A stretch of 64,000 nucleotides of DNA from an uncultured Candidatus Bathyarchaeia archaeon. GTDB taxonomy: Archaea; Thermoproteota; Bathyarchaeia; 40CM-2-53-6. The translations under genes were made by a program, and so were the position numbers. Positions 17,871-27,795 of this stretch are shown in pieces. The notes under the pieces are model-generated. The model was not told where the DNA came from. It saw nothing but the letters and a program-made list of their open reading frames with translations, and did not search any database. The stretch is taken from contig CAZLHM010000007.1 of assembly GCA_964559555.1 (NCBI GenBank), forward strand, positions 1,942-65,941. The letters are read 5' to 3'. Every line of letters begins with the position of its first letter. The first letter of the stretch is position 1.

Positions 17871-20777
17871 CTAATCCCAGAAGCGTCGAGTCTCGGTATA
17901 CTTCAACTTCGCCTTCAACAGGTCGGCGTAGAATTCGTCATCTTGCGTGTGCATTCTAGCCAAGATGCTCGCTGCAGTCTGCGGGCCGACTCCCCAAGTC
18001 AGCATAGCCAGAATTGCCTGTTTTCCATATGAAAGAACCAAATCCGCGGCGCGCCGTGCTTGGCTAAGGCCACGCCTCTCTTCCTCGGTCAGTTTCTCCT
18101 TGAACTTCCACTTCCGTAGGATTCCGGGCACATCCGCTCTTACCTTATTCTGCAGGCTGAGCAACCCTGAACCGCATGTGAGACACCTTGGGAAGTCCGG
18201 GAGTTCGTCCGTCCGCTTCTCAGTCATCGCGGAACCGCACTGCATGCACATCAGCTGGACCCTCTGGGCTAGGAGTGCCGTTTTCATTCGCGACAGGCTG
18301 TCCTTCTTCGTGCTCTCTGGCGCAACCATCTCCGCGACTTCAACAAGCTTGTTCAGCATATAGAACGCCTGAGGCGAGGGGGAGTCCTGCGACAGCACGG
18401 GCACAACCGAGATCCTTCCGTGTGCAATCGAGCGCACAATTTCCTTGGCCGAGTCAAGATCAACCTCTCTAAGCTTCGCCTCCCGCATCGTTTCTTCGTG
18501 GATGGGTGTCGATTCAAAGCGTGATGAAAGGTCCAAGAGCGTTCGATCCGCAAAAAACAGACCGCGCGGAATCGCTCCGAACCTCTCAGCAATGAACTTC
18601 ATACCGTACGAGAAGGGAAAGCGGCGTTTCGAGTACCTAGTGAAGGCCTCCTCCATCGTCTCGCCGGACATTGAGAGCAGCTCTCTCGAGAGGGAATTGA
18701 TGGAATCCCGAGAGACTACGTCAGGAAGTTCGATCAGGATACGATATCCATCTGCCCATACGTTGCCGACAGCGCATCGTTCCGTAAGAATCTGATCGAA
18801 GACGTATGCGAGAGCCCTATTGACCGCCTCCCCGAATGACGCGTGGACTATCAGGTATCGGTCAAACCCCTCAACGAGGATGGTCTTGTCGCTTGGTACG
18901 GGATACCCCTTGGCAACATAGTTCTCGATCTCCTCGACGATGCGAGTCGCGGCCAGTCTCTCTACTGGATAGTGTCCGGACAGTTCCTCGATGGCATCCT
19001 CCTTGCCATGCGACTTCACGCTCTTCTCCACCTCTGACCTGATTTTCCCTACTTCTTGCGCGACTCCAAGCGGAACCGGGAGAATCTCGCCATCCCATCC
19101 CGGTATAGCGGCGGTCGGATCCTCGATTGGCACGACGTAGATGTTGCCATCCTCTGCAACCTGTGCGATCTCCCACACGCGGCCTCTGCAGATGAAGTGG
19201 ACTCCCTTCCTGGCACGTAGGAGCACGAATTCCTCCCCGAGGGTTCCAATTCTCGTTTGAGACGTGATGTCGAGTATTGTGTAACGTCGCTCGTCGGGTA
19301 TCATCGAGAGATTCCGGTAGTAGTACTCCCTAGTCTTGGAAGTCCTTGACAGGACGTTGCCTTTCCTACGAATCAGACCTAGCTTCTCCATGTACTTCGT
19401 CACCCAATCCAGTTGGTCGAGGGTGAGAGTGCTGAAGACACCTGATCTTCTAACGATCGAAAGTATCCCCTTTGGCGTCGCGTGATCAACATCCATTAGG
19501 ATGCCTGCCACTTGGTGTGCGAGTACATCAAGAGCATTCGAGTGTATACTGACTGATTCCAGTCGCTGCTCCTTTGCTCTCCTGATGATTGCAGCCGATT
19601 CAAGCACGTCCTCAGGATACGCGCAGATCACGATCCCCTCAGAGATGCGGCCTAGGCGATGACCTGATCTTCCAACTCGCTGAATGAGTGCAGAAACCTG
19701 CCGTGGCGAGAGATACTGCACAGTTAGATCAGCGCTACCGATGTCTATGCCAAGCTCGAGCGTCGACGTGCAGATGATCCCTCTGAGCTTGCCAGCCTTG
19801 AACTCGGTCTCGACACGAGAGCGTTCCTCACGTGATAAAGACCCGTGGTGAACTGCGATCCGTTTGTCCAGTGCACCCAATCTGAGGCCGAGCATCTCAG
19901 CATGCTGACGACTATTCACGAAAACCAGCGTCGAAGTGTGAGTGTCGACAAGCTCTCTGATTCTCGATATCCTAGCGGCGGCTTCGGGGCTCGTGTATAG
20001 AGACTGTGCAAGGTCGTGGTCCTCGGGAGTGGGATAAGGATACTCAACGTGGTACCTAGTCTCTTTGTCGATGCTGATGTTGATTGTCTCACATTTCTCC
20101 AGAGGACCAACCAAGAAGTTCGCGACCTTTTCAGGATCACCAACTGTCGCCGACAGTCCAATCCTCTGAAACTTACTTCCTGTGATTTGTCGCAGTCGCT
20201 CTAGCCCGATTGTGAGTTGGGCTCCACGCTTGTCTTGGCTGAGCTCGTGGATCTCGTCTATGATGACCGCTTGAACGGACTTCAGATGCTGTCTCATGGC
20301 GGCGCCTGGCAGTATCGCTTGGAGTGTCTCCGGTGTGGTTATGAGCATGTGTGGAGGATCTCTGCTCTGTTTTCGTCGCTGGGACGGGGGAGTATCGCCA
20401 TGGCGTATCTCGCATCGGATTCCTATCTTGTCGGTGAGTGCTGTGACTCTTCTGACCATGTCACGGTTCAGCGCACGAAGTGGAGTCACGTATAGAATCG
20501 CGATGCCTTTTCTAGATCGTCTCGTGAGATACTGACTAAGTATAGGCAGGAGCGCTGCCTCGGTCTTTCCAGTCGCCGTCGGCGCGATCAGAAGAACGTT
20601 TTCTCCGTTGAGAATGCGAGGAATTGCGAGCGCTTGAGGCGGAGTAGGTGTCGTCATTCCTAGGTCAGCGAGAGCGTCACTAATCGGTCGTGCGAGCAAT
20701 TGGAATGTGTTTTCCGATCCTATCGCCGAGCGAACGCTCAAACCAGTCTCCCTGTCGCGATCGCGAATCCAGTACAC
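17871..20777 (-). CDS. lhr: Lhr-family large ATP-dependent helicase (DEAD/DEAH box) with a C-terminal zinc ribbon.
   Basis: Motif I APTATGKTEAALLPIL, motif II IIDEIHEL, LSATVG and HHGSLSRE..R are present. A C-terminal CMQCGS...CLTCGS forms the zinc ribbon. The 968-aa size fits the family. Confidence 0.85.
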   Translation of the reverse strand: MYWIRDRDRETGLSVRSAIGSENTFQLLARPISDALADLGMTTPTPPQALAIPRILNGENVLLIAPTATGKTEAALLPILSQYLTRRSRKGIAILYVTPLRALNRDMVRRVTALTDKIGIRCEIRHGDTPPSQRRKQSRDPPHMLITTPETLQAILPGAAMRQHLKSVQAVIIDEIHELSQDKRGAQLTIGLERLRQITGSKFQRIGLSATVGDPEKVANFLVGPLEKCETINISIDKETRYHVEYPYPTPEDHDLAQSLYTSPEAAARISRIRELVDTHTSTLVFVNSRQHAEMLGLRLGALDKRIAVHHGSLSREERSRVETEFKAGKLRGIICTSTLELGIDIGSADLTVQYLSPRQVSALIQRVGRSGHRLGRISEGIVICAYPEDVLESAAIIRRAKEQRLESVSIHSNALDVLAHQVAGILMDVDHATPKGILSIVRRSGVFSTLTLDQLDWVTKYMEKLGLIRRKGNVLSRTSKTREYYYRNLSMIPDERRYTILDITSQTRIGTLGEEFVLLRARKGVHFICRGRVWEIAQVAEDGNIYVVPIEDPTAAIPGWDGEILPVPLGVAQEVGKIRSEVEKSVKSHGKEDAIEELSGHYPVERLAATRIVEEIENYVAKGYPVPSDKTILVEGFDRYLIVHASFGEAVNRALAYVFDQILTERCAVGNVWADGYRILIELPDVVSRDSINSLSRELLSMSGETMEEAFTRYSKRRFPFSYGMKFIAERFGAIPRGLFFADRTLLDLSSRFESTPIHEETMREAKLREVDLDSAKEIVRSIAHGRISVVPVLSQDSPSPQAFYMLNKLVEVAEMVAPESTKKDSLSRMKTALLAQRVQLMCMQCGSAMTEKRTDELPDFPRCLTCGSGLLSLQNKVRADVPGILRKWKFKEKLTEEERRGLSQARRAADLVLSYGKQAILAMLTWGVGPQTAASILARMHTQDDEFYADLLKAKLKYTETRRFWD

Positions 20778-20996
20778 TGTTCAAGCGGCTCCGTTATGGG
20801 TGTTGAGGGGATGATCACGTATCGTCTGATCACTGCATTCACGAGCGCTCCTCAGAGTTGGATTTGTAGTTGACTCATCTCAGTTGGATCATGATACGTG
20901 GCTTTGTGTGATTCTCATCAAACTCTCTTCCTAACAAACACGAGAGACACTCTCACAGCGATTCCTCAAATCGTAGATTTCGAGCGAGACGAGACG

Positions 20997-21003
20997 TTTA
21001 TAT
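20997..21003 (+). promoter_or_regulatory. TATA-box-like element (TTTATAT) upstream of gar1-tfb.
   Basis: It lies about 50 nt upstream of the homology-supported TTG start of gar1. It overlaps the ATG at 21002 used by the track ORF, which argues against that ATG being the real start. Confidence 0.35.
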
Positions 21004-21052
21004 GAGAAGCAGCGAGGTTGTAGACGCACCTGCTCGGAGTGACGGCGCGCAT

Positions 21053-21286
21053 TTGAGAAGACTGGGCAAGGTTCTACATGTCTCAAAAAGCCGTGCCCTG
21101 ATTGTGAAACTAGATCCTCCGAAGTTTGTGAAACCCGGCACCAAGACATGCGACAGTAGATTGAAGAGCATTGGTACTGTCGGGGATGTTCTCGGGCCTG
21201 TGTCAGGACCCTATGCTTCGATAAGACCGAGCATCCTCAAGCCGGAATCTGTTGTCGGACGAATATTGTACGCCATCGATGACTAG
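21053..21286 (+). CDS. gar1: H/ACA RNP protein Gar1.
   Basis: (M)RRLGKVLHVSKSRALIVKL...IGTVGDVLGPVSGPYASIRP matches the archaeal Gar1 core. The TTG 21053 start reproduces the usual M-K/R-R-LGKV N-terminus. gar1 next to tfb is a known archaeal arrangement. Confidence 0.8.
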   Translation: MRRLGKVLHVSKSRALIVKLDPPKFVKPGTKTCDSRLKSIGTVGDVLGPVSGPYASIRPSILKPESVVGRILYAIDD

Positions 21287-21287
21287 C

Positions 21288-21309
21288 TTGGTGGAAGATT
21301 GGTGGAAGA
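21288..21309 (+). repeat. Perfect tandem duplication of the 11-mer TTGGTGGAAGA, spanning the gar1-tfb junction and the tfb start codon.
   Basis: Read directly from the sequence: ttggtggaaga ttggtggaaga. Confidence 0.9.
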
Positions 21310-22255
21310 TCCACAGACGGATCTAGGGGAGAGAGTGCAGGTACAACCGAAGCCCCGAGTGTGTCCGGAGTGCGGTGGCTCCAAGCTGATGCGAGACTAT
21401 GACGCTGCGGAGATTGTGTGCGTAAGTTGCGGATGTGTAATAGCTGAGAAGCTCGCCGATAGTCGGCCTGAATGGCGTGCGTTCGACGACGAGCAGAAGG
21501 CCAAGAGAGCCCGAGCCGGTGCACCTCTAACCTACACGATCCATGACAAAGGTCTCTCGACCGTCATTGACTGGCGTGACAGGAGAGGAAGCGGTCGTCA
21601 GATGACAGCCACTGAGAGGCTCGATATGTACAAGCTTCGCAAGTGGCAAAGGCGCGTACGTGTTTCTGATGCGACCGAGCGAAATCTTGCGGTTGCCCTT
21701 TCTGAATTGAGCAAGCTTGCTTCAGCGCTCAATCTGCCTAAGAACCTCCTCGAGACGGCTTCCGTGATCTACAGGCGGGCAATCAAGAAGAGGCTAATTC
21801 GAGGAAGATCCATCCACAACGTTACTGCGGCGGCCATCTACATGAGTTGCAGGCAATGCGGCGTTCCTAGGACGTTAGACGAGATTGCGACCGCAAGCAA
21901 TCTAAGCAAGAAGGACATCGGCAGAAGCTACAGATTCATGGTACGAGAACTGGAAACGTTCGTCCCGCCCTCAACTAGCAGGCACTACGCCGCCAGATTC
22001 AGCAACAAGCTGATAATCTCCGGGAAGGCTGAGGCAATGGCGATTCGAATTCTTGAGACGGCCACTAGGATGAAACTCACGAGTGGGAGAGGACCGACGG
22101 GGATCGCCGCTGCCGCGACGTATATCGCTGCGGTTCTGACGAACGAGCGTAAGACGCAACGTGAAATTGCGGAGATCGCGAACGTGACTGAGGTCACGAT
22201 CCGAAATCGGTACAAAGAACTTCTTGAAAGACTCTTCATCGAGGTACCGATGTAG
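21299..22255 (+). CDS. tfb: Transcription initiation factor TFB (TFIIB homologue).
   Basis: An N-terminal Zn ribbon (CPECGGSKLMRDYDAAEIVCVSCG) is followed by a B-reader and two cyclin folds (NLAVALSEL..., GRSIHNVTAAAIYMSCR, GPTGIAAAATYIA). It begins with TTG. Confidence 0.93.
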   Translation: MVEDPQTDLGERVQVQPKPRVCPECGGSKLMRDYDAAEIVCVSCGCVIAEKLADSRPEWRAFDDEQKAKRARAGAPLTYTIHDKGLSTVIDWRDRRGSGRQMTATERLDMYKLRKWQRRVRVSDATERNLAVALSELSKLASALNLPKNLLETASVIYRRAIKKRLIRGRSIHNVTAAAIYMSCRQCGVPRTLDEIATASNLSKKDIGRSYRFMVRELETFVPPSTSRHYAARFSNKLIISGKAEAMAIRILETATRMKLTSGRGPTGIAAAATYIAAVLTNERKTQREIAEIANVTEVTIRNRYKELLERLFIEVPM

Positions 22256-22303
22256 CCTCTGCTTGGAAAGCCTGCTTGGAACCTTGAGTTGTGACACCAG
22301 ATT

Positions 22304-23266
22304 CTAGGTCTCTGACGCCTTTCGTCTCCGGCGGATGACTATGCCCACCACCACGAGAACGATGATGACCACGAGTCCTAGAATCAGCATCTGGTTGGTC
22401 AGCAGTTGTTCGACGGGGCTTGGCTGGCTCGTTTGAGTCCTCGGTAACTCTGCAACCACAGAGAACCAGACTGGGATCGTCACCACGTTATCCGCTTGCA
22501 GATCATCTCTGTAGTAGACAACGATCGTGGTCTGATACCTGCCCTCCGCCGTGTCTGGGCCAACAAGTGCGGTGACACTGAAGGGGGCGGGCGCGTTGGG
22601 ATCAACTTGTCCAACATATGTTGGCTTGATGGAGTCACTGACAATCGGTGGATCTGGGGCGATCGACACATTCGCATACATTGCGGGGATGACGCCTCGA
22701 TTCAGCAGGTTTCCTGAGATCGTTATCTCGGTTCCGCGTAGCGATGGATCTGGGCTGATTGTGATCTCGTAGACTTTCATATCAATCCAGCCTCTGATCA
22801 GGAACGAGATCGCGTGAGTCTCAGTTGACGGAATGGTCTCGCCGAGGAGCTTGTAGACGGCCACGACGGCTCCTTGCAGAGTCAAACCCGCCGCAGTCGA
22901 GGGAGCAAAGACGGTGAGGTTCGCGCGTATCACGTCTCCACGCCCAAAGTACGATCTGATCCAGTGGTTGTCACCGAACAGTACGATGGGTGGAGGAACT
23001 GTAAGCGCCACATCAAGTTCGGTCAGGTACTTACCAACATTCTGGATTTCTATCGTCAAGGTGCTGTTTCGTGACGCTGCCAGCACATTTCCAGATAAGC
23101 TAACCGACAGGTTTGCTGATGAGACCGTATACCCATTCTGAATCCCCACCGAAAACATAGTCAGAATCGAGAGGACTAGGAGTAAGACCAAGCCTACGCG
23201 TGACCTACGTCGTGCCCTCATTGTCGATGCAGCACCGATTTGACTGCGCAAGTGCAGGGGAAGCAT
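22304..23266 (-). CDS. Predicted cell-surface protein with an N-terminal signal/anchor, a beta-rich ectodomain and a C-terminal TM anchor.
   Basis: The N-terminus is RARRRSRVGLVLLLVLSILTMF and the C-terminus is LILGLVVIIVLVVVGIVIRRRRK. The real start is probably ATG 23221. Confidence 0.55.
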   Translation of the reverse strand: MLPLHLRSQIGAASTMRARRRSRVGLVLLLVLSILTMFSVGIQNGYTVSSANLSVSLSGNVLAASRNSTLTIEIQNVGKYLTELDVALTVPPPIVLFGDNHWIRSYFGRGDVIRANLTVFAPSTAAGLTLQGAVVAVYKLLGETIPSTETHAISFLIRGWIDMKVYEITISPDPSLRGTEITISGNLLNRGVIPAMYANVSIAPDPPIVSDSIKPTYVGQVDPNAPAPFSVTALVGPDTAEGRYQTTIVVYYRDDLQADNVVTIPVWFSVVAELPRTQTSQPSPVEQLLTNQMLILGLVVIIVLVVVGIVIRRRRKASET

Positions 23267-23328
23267 AATTAAAGGTAAGCACTTTTGGTCCGCTGGGATC
23301 TTGTGGGCTTGTTCTCGGCCCGCAGCAA

Positions 23329-26300
23329 CTATCGTCGCCGGTGGCTCCTCATGCCGGAGCCACGACGTGACGTCCTGCCAGCTGCTGTGCGGACTCGATT
23401 TAGGCCGATAGAGAATGGGTCCTCTCCGATCGACCAGTCCCTAACGAGCTCTCCCATTGCACGAATCTTCTTGAGATGTTCTATCGTCAGATTCCTTGCC
23501 CGTACTTCTGCAGTGAGGTAGTCCCGCCTACTCCTGACAGAGGATGCTATCTCAACTGTCGGCGTCACTATGTGTACATCGATGAAGGCATCTACTTTCA
23601 GGTCCATCTCCTTGCGCATCTGTTGAATTCTTCGAACCAAGTCTCGCGCAAGACCATCCGCTTCCTCCTCCGGGGTCAGTGTGGTGTCGACGAACACTCT
23701 ACCGCCCTCGAAGTCGGCTGCAGGTTGAGTCTGCTGAACATCCTCTTTGAAGGTGACGTGTGACCGTTGTATCCTCACCTTCTCGGAGTCCTGTTCGATC
23801 TCCACCGGTCCCCGTTCGAGCCTATCTCGAAGCTCTTCAGCATCCATTGCCGCTAGCACTTCCGCGACTCTTGAAGCCCGTGACTTCAGCTCAGGGCCGA
23901 GCACAGCCATGTTAGGGATCACTCGGACCGTCGCCTTGCCGGTGAATCCATAGGAAGGAGACAACTCCAACGAACGAGTATTCAGTTGCTCAAGGAGCAA
24001 CGGCTTCAGTCTGGCTAGCGCGTCGCGAACATCTTGTTGATCGGTCGCAACTGTGACGCTTCTCACCGGCTGTCTCAGCTTCAGGCCTGCTTTCATTCTC
24101 GCCATCGCAGCTGCCGACACGACCCGCTGGCAGACCTCAAGTCGCTTCTCCAAGACCTCATCGAGCCAGCGGACTTGGGGCTTCGGCCAATCGAGGGCGT
24201 GAATAGTAGGGGAGGGACGTGGTTCAGCTGGTTGAAACACACCTAGGTATAGTGCTTCGGCGATGAACGGAGTGAATGGAGCCAACATCATGATCGCCTG
24301 GCGAAGTGCATGACATAGAACCGAGTAGCCTGCGAGCTTCTCAGGGTCTTCTTTCTCGATCCAAGTACGTCTTCTGACCAATCGAATATAGTTATGACTC
24401 AAATCGTCTACGAGGAAGTTCTTTAGAGCCCTCACAGCTTCATGGATTCGGTAGCCATCCATTGCTGCGGTGACAGATTGGATCACGCGTTCCGTCCGGC
24501 TCATCAGCCAGAGATCTTCCTCCCTCATGTAGGACCTCATCCTCTCAGGAGGGTAGACATTTGGGTCGAACCTGTCCAAGTTCATGTACGTACTGGCGAA
24601 GACGTACACGTTCCAGATCGTCTGCAAGTCGCCCCCGACCTGTGCAAGCACTTTCCATGAGAACTTCAGATCCTCCCAAGGCGTGTTCTGCAGCACATAG
24701 AATCGAAGTGCATCACGCCCGTGGCGATCTATCACTTCTTGAGGAGACACGAAGTTGCCGAGGGACTTGTGCATCTCCCTAGCTTGCTCGTCAAGCATGA
24801 AGCCGTGCATCAGCACGGTCTTATAGGGCGTCTGATTGAAAGCCACTAGTCCTGCCTTGAGGAGAGAGAAGAACCATCCTGAGATCTGGTCGCGCCCTTC
24901 GACTATGAAATCGGCAGGCCACCATTTCTTTGCCTCATCCTGCTGAGCCGGATATGCAAGGCATGCGTAGGAGGAAATCCCCGAGTCAAACCAACCAACC
25001 ATCACGTCGGGGATTCTATTCATTTCGCCACCACAAGTGCATCTTAGTGTGACCTCATCGACCCAAGGTACGTGCAGCTCCCTAACCCTCTTGCGACCGG
25101 TGCTCACACGTCGCAATTCCTTCCAAGACCCGATGACTTCACGATGTCCACAGGATTGGCACAGCCAGATTGGAAGGGGTGTACCCCAGAACCTTTGCCT
25201 TGAGACAACCCAGTCTCTCAGCCCTTGAAGCCAGTTCCGAAACTGGTTGGCGCCAGCCCACTCAGGAATCCATTCGGTCGCCTCCACCTCGGCGAGCATC
25301 TTCTCTCTCATCTGAGTGACTTTGATGAACCATTGGTCTGTGGCACGTATGATGAGTGGTGTGTGACATCGCCAACATACGGGGCTTCTGTGAACGATCT
25401 CACCAGCAAAGAGAAGTGCTCCCTTCTCCTTGAGATCTACAATCACTTCTGGGTTTGCAGCTTTCACATCTTTGCCTGCATACTTTCCTGCGTCGGTGAC
25501 GAACTTCCCCTGATTATCAACCAACATGAGGACAGGTAGTCCATTCCGGAGGCCAACTTCATAGTCCTCTTCTCCATGCCCCGGCGCGGAGTGGACGCAT
25601 CCGGTGCCTTCATCGAGCGATACATATTCCCTGCTGAGTACGACTCTGTGACCTCCGGTGAGACGAGACTGTGCAGGAACTAGATCTGCTAGCGGGGAGG
25701 TGTAGGCGAGCCCGTTGATGTCTTCTCCCTTGAACGTGTCGATTAGTTCGAGCTTAGCCCCAGTCTCCGCAGCTACGGATCGCATCCTTTCCTTTGCCAT
25801 CACGTAGATCTCATTCTCGCGTCTGACTCGGGCATACTCGTAGTCAGGGTGAACCATCACGCCTGTGTTCGACGGAAGAGTCCAAGGCGTCGTTGTCCAG
25901 ATGAGTATGTGCTCGTTTTCTCTGCCGTCGATCGGGAACTTGACATAGATCGACGGGTCTGCGAGGTCTCGATACTCGAGCACAACTTCATAATCGGAAA
26001 GAACAGTCTCGCAGCGTGGACACCAATGCACAACCTTGAGGCCGTGCTCTAGAAGGCCGTCCTGTTCTGCCTTCTTGACAGTCCACCATGCAGACTCAAC
26101 GTAGGCGTCGTCGTGAGTAAGATATGGACGCTCCCAATCCATCCATACTCCTAGGTCGGAGAATATGGCGCTCATTACCTTCGAGTTGTCGTTGGCGAAT
26201 TTCTTGCATTCCGAGACGAACTTTGCAAGTCCGTAGGTTTCCACATCGCGTTTCTGTTTGAAGTCGTGTTGGCGCTCTACGGCAAGCTCGATCGGTAGGC

Positions 26301-26583
26301 CGTGGCAATCGTATCCGGGCTGGTCTCTGCAATTGAATCCCCTCGCTCGCTTGTAGCGAAGGACCACGTCCTTGACGATCTTGTTCCAGCAGGTGCCAAT
26401 GTGGGGAGTGTCGGAGGACGGAAATGGCGGACCGTCCAGAAAATAGAACTTGGGTGCTCTCGATCTGCTAGCTTTGACATGCTTGTATGCCCGCGCTCTC
26501 TTCCAGAGGGCGTGCACCTCCTTTTCCAATTCCTTCCAGTTGTGTGTCTTTCGTATTGCTCCGATCTCACGCTTCAATTCCAA
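23329..26583 (-). CDS. ileS: Isoleucyl-tRNA synthetase.
   Basis: It shows class I aaRS features (PPFPSSDTPHIGT as the HIGH region, MHKSLGN as KMSKS), a CP1 editing domain and Zn-type CxxC pairs. The 1084-aa size fits. Confidence 0.93.
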   Translation of the reverse strand: MELKREIGAIRKTHNWKELEKEVHALWKRARAYKHVKASRSRAPKFYFLDGPPFPSSDTPHIGTCWNKIVKDVVLRYKRARGFNCRDQPGYDCHGLPIELAVERQHDFKQKRDVETYGLAKFVSECKKFANDNSKVMSAIFSDLGVWMDWERPYLTHDDAYVESAWWTVKKAEQDGLLEHGLKVVHWCPRCETVLSDYEVVLEYRDLADPSIYVKFPIDGRENEHILIWTTTPWTLPSNTGVMVHPDYEYARVRRENEIYVMAKERMRSVAAETGAKLELIDTFKGEDINGLAYTSPLADLVPAQSRLTGGHRVVLSREYVSLDEGTGCVHSAPGHGEEDYEVGLRNGLPVLMLVDNQGKFVTDAGKYAGKDVKAANPEVIVDLKEKGALLFAGEIVHRSPVCWRCHTPLIIRATDQWFIKVTQMREKMLAEVEATEWIPEWAGANQFRNWLQGLRDWVVSRQRFWGTPLPIWLCQSCGHREVIGSWKELRRVSTGRKRVRELHVPWVDEVTLRCTCGGEMNRIPDVMVGWFDSGISSYACLAYPAQQDEAKKWWPADFIVEGRDQISGWFFSLLKAGLVAFNQTPYKTVLMHGFMLDEQAREMHKSLGNFVSPQEVIDRHGRDALRFYVLQNTPWEDLKFSWKVLAQVGGDLQTIWNVYVFASTYMNLDRFDPNVYPPERMRSYMREEDLWLMSRTERVIQSVTAAMDGYRIHEAVRALKNFLVDDLSHNYIRLVRRRTWIEKEDPEKLAGYSVLCHALRQAIMMLAPFTPFIAEALYLGVFQPAEPRPSPTIHALDWPKPQVRWLDEVLEKRLEVCQRVVSAAAMARMKAGLKLRQPVRSVTVATDQQDVRDALARLKPLLLEQLNTRSLELSPSYGFTGKATVRVIPNMAVLGPELKSRASRVAEVLAAMDAEELRDRLERGPVEIEQDSEKVRIQRSHVTFKEDVQQTQPAADFEGGRVFVDTTLTPEEEADGLARDLVRRIQQMRKEMDLKVDAFIDVHIVTPTVEIASSVRSRRDYLTAEVRARNLTIEHLKKIRAMGELVRDWSIGEDPFSIGLNRVRTAAGRTSRRGSGMRSHRRR

Positions 26584-26805
26584 TCATTCCTGAGTTGCTC
26601 GTGCGTCAAGATACGGGATAGTTCCCGTGGAAGTCCGCGCAATGTGCTTGCCAATCCGGTGGTTGCTTGATGGGCAGCATAGGCTAGGAAAGAACTTCGA
26701 TTTCTCGGTCACCTTTCACAGTAGCCACCCGCAGCCAGCTTATAGCGGAGACAGGTTCTATTTAGCCTTCATCACGGCAGCCCGCAGTGAAACAAGTGAA
26801 TTCGA

Positions 26806-27795
26806 ATGCCCTCACTGGTTCTTGGCATCGAGTCCACAGCACACACCTTTGGCGCGAGCATTGCGAGTACTGACGAGCGAATCCTTTCGGACTCGAAGCG
26901 TGTCTATATTCCCCCTGCGGGGCATGGAATCCATCCTAGGGAAGCAGCACAACACCATTCATCCCTAGCTGATGCGGTCATTCGGGACGCATTCGCTCAG
27001 GCGAGGATTCACCCAAAGGATCTTGATGCTGTGGCAGTAGCCCTGGGACCTGGCCTTGGGCCAACACTGCGAATCGGAGTAACGCTTGCAAGGGCGATCG
27101 CTTGGAAGTTACAGATTCCAATGATTCCGGTTCATCACGCGATCGGTCACATAGAGATAGGAGCACTAACGACTGGTTCGCACGATCCTCTTGTGGTATT
27201 GCTTTCTGGAGGCCACACGACGATCGCTGCGTTCGCGAACCGGAAGTGGAGAGTCTACGGCGAGACAGAAGACATCACGCTTGGTAATCTTCTCGACATG
27301 TTCGCGCGATCGGCTGGGCTGGAATCGCCTGGAGGACCAGAGATCGAGCGGCTTGCGCTGAAAGGCAAGAGCTTCATTGAACTTCCCTATACCGTGAAGG
27401 GAAACGATGTCTCATACTCGGGCCTGCTTACAGCCGCAACGAAACTCTTTCAATCGGGCAAGGGGATCGAGGATCTCTGCCTTTCTCTACAAGAAGTCTC
27501 CTTTTCCATGCTGGCAGAAGCAGCAGAGAGGAGCTTGGCCCACACTGAGAAGAAGGAGATACTTCTAGTGGGAGGTGTTGCTTCCAACACAGCTCTACGA
27601 AAGAAGCTCGAGATTGTGTCAAGTGAACACGGGGCGCTTCTCAGAGCAGTTCATCCGAAATACGCTGGTGACTGCGGTGCCCAGATCTCGTGGACAGGTG
27701 CCCTAGCTCTTGGACACAGAGTGTTTGTCGACATCGAGCGAAGCGAGGTCAAGCCTCGCTGGAGAATCGATGACGTGGACGTGCCCTGGAGGTGA
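26806..27795 (+). CDS. kae1: Kae1, tRNA N6-adenosine threonylcarbamoyltransferase (KEOPS catalytic subunit).
   Basis: Motifs LGIESTAHTFGASI, VHHAIGHIE, LLSGGHT and LVGGVASN are present. Confidence 0.92.
   Translation: MPSLVLGIESTAHTFGASIASTDERILSDSKRVYIPPAGHGIHPREAAQHHSSLADAVIRDAFAQARIHPKDLDAVAVALGPGLGPTLRIGVTLARAIAWKLQIPMIPVHHAIGHIEIGALTTGSHDPLVVLLSGGHTTIAAFANRKWRVYGETEDITLGNLLDMFARSAGLESPGGPEIERLALKGKSFIELPYTVKGNDVSYSGLLTAATKLFQSGKGIEDLCLSLQEVSFSMLAEAAERSLAHTEKKEILLVGGVASNTALRKKLEIVSSEHGALLRAVHPKYAGDCGAQISWTGALALGHRVFVDIERSEVKPRWRIDDVDVPWR

Noticed and set aside
20805-20835. GATGATCA ... CTGA pair in the lhr/gar1 spacer resembling C and D' boxes.
   Set aside because: The box sequence is wrong (TGATCA, not TGATGA), the spacer is 8 nt and there is no second box pair.
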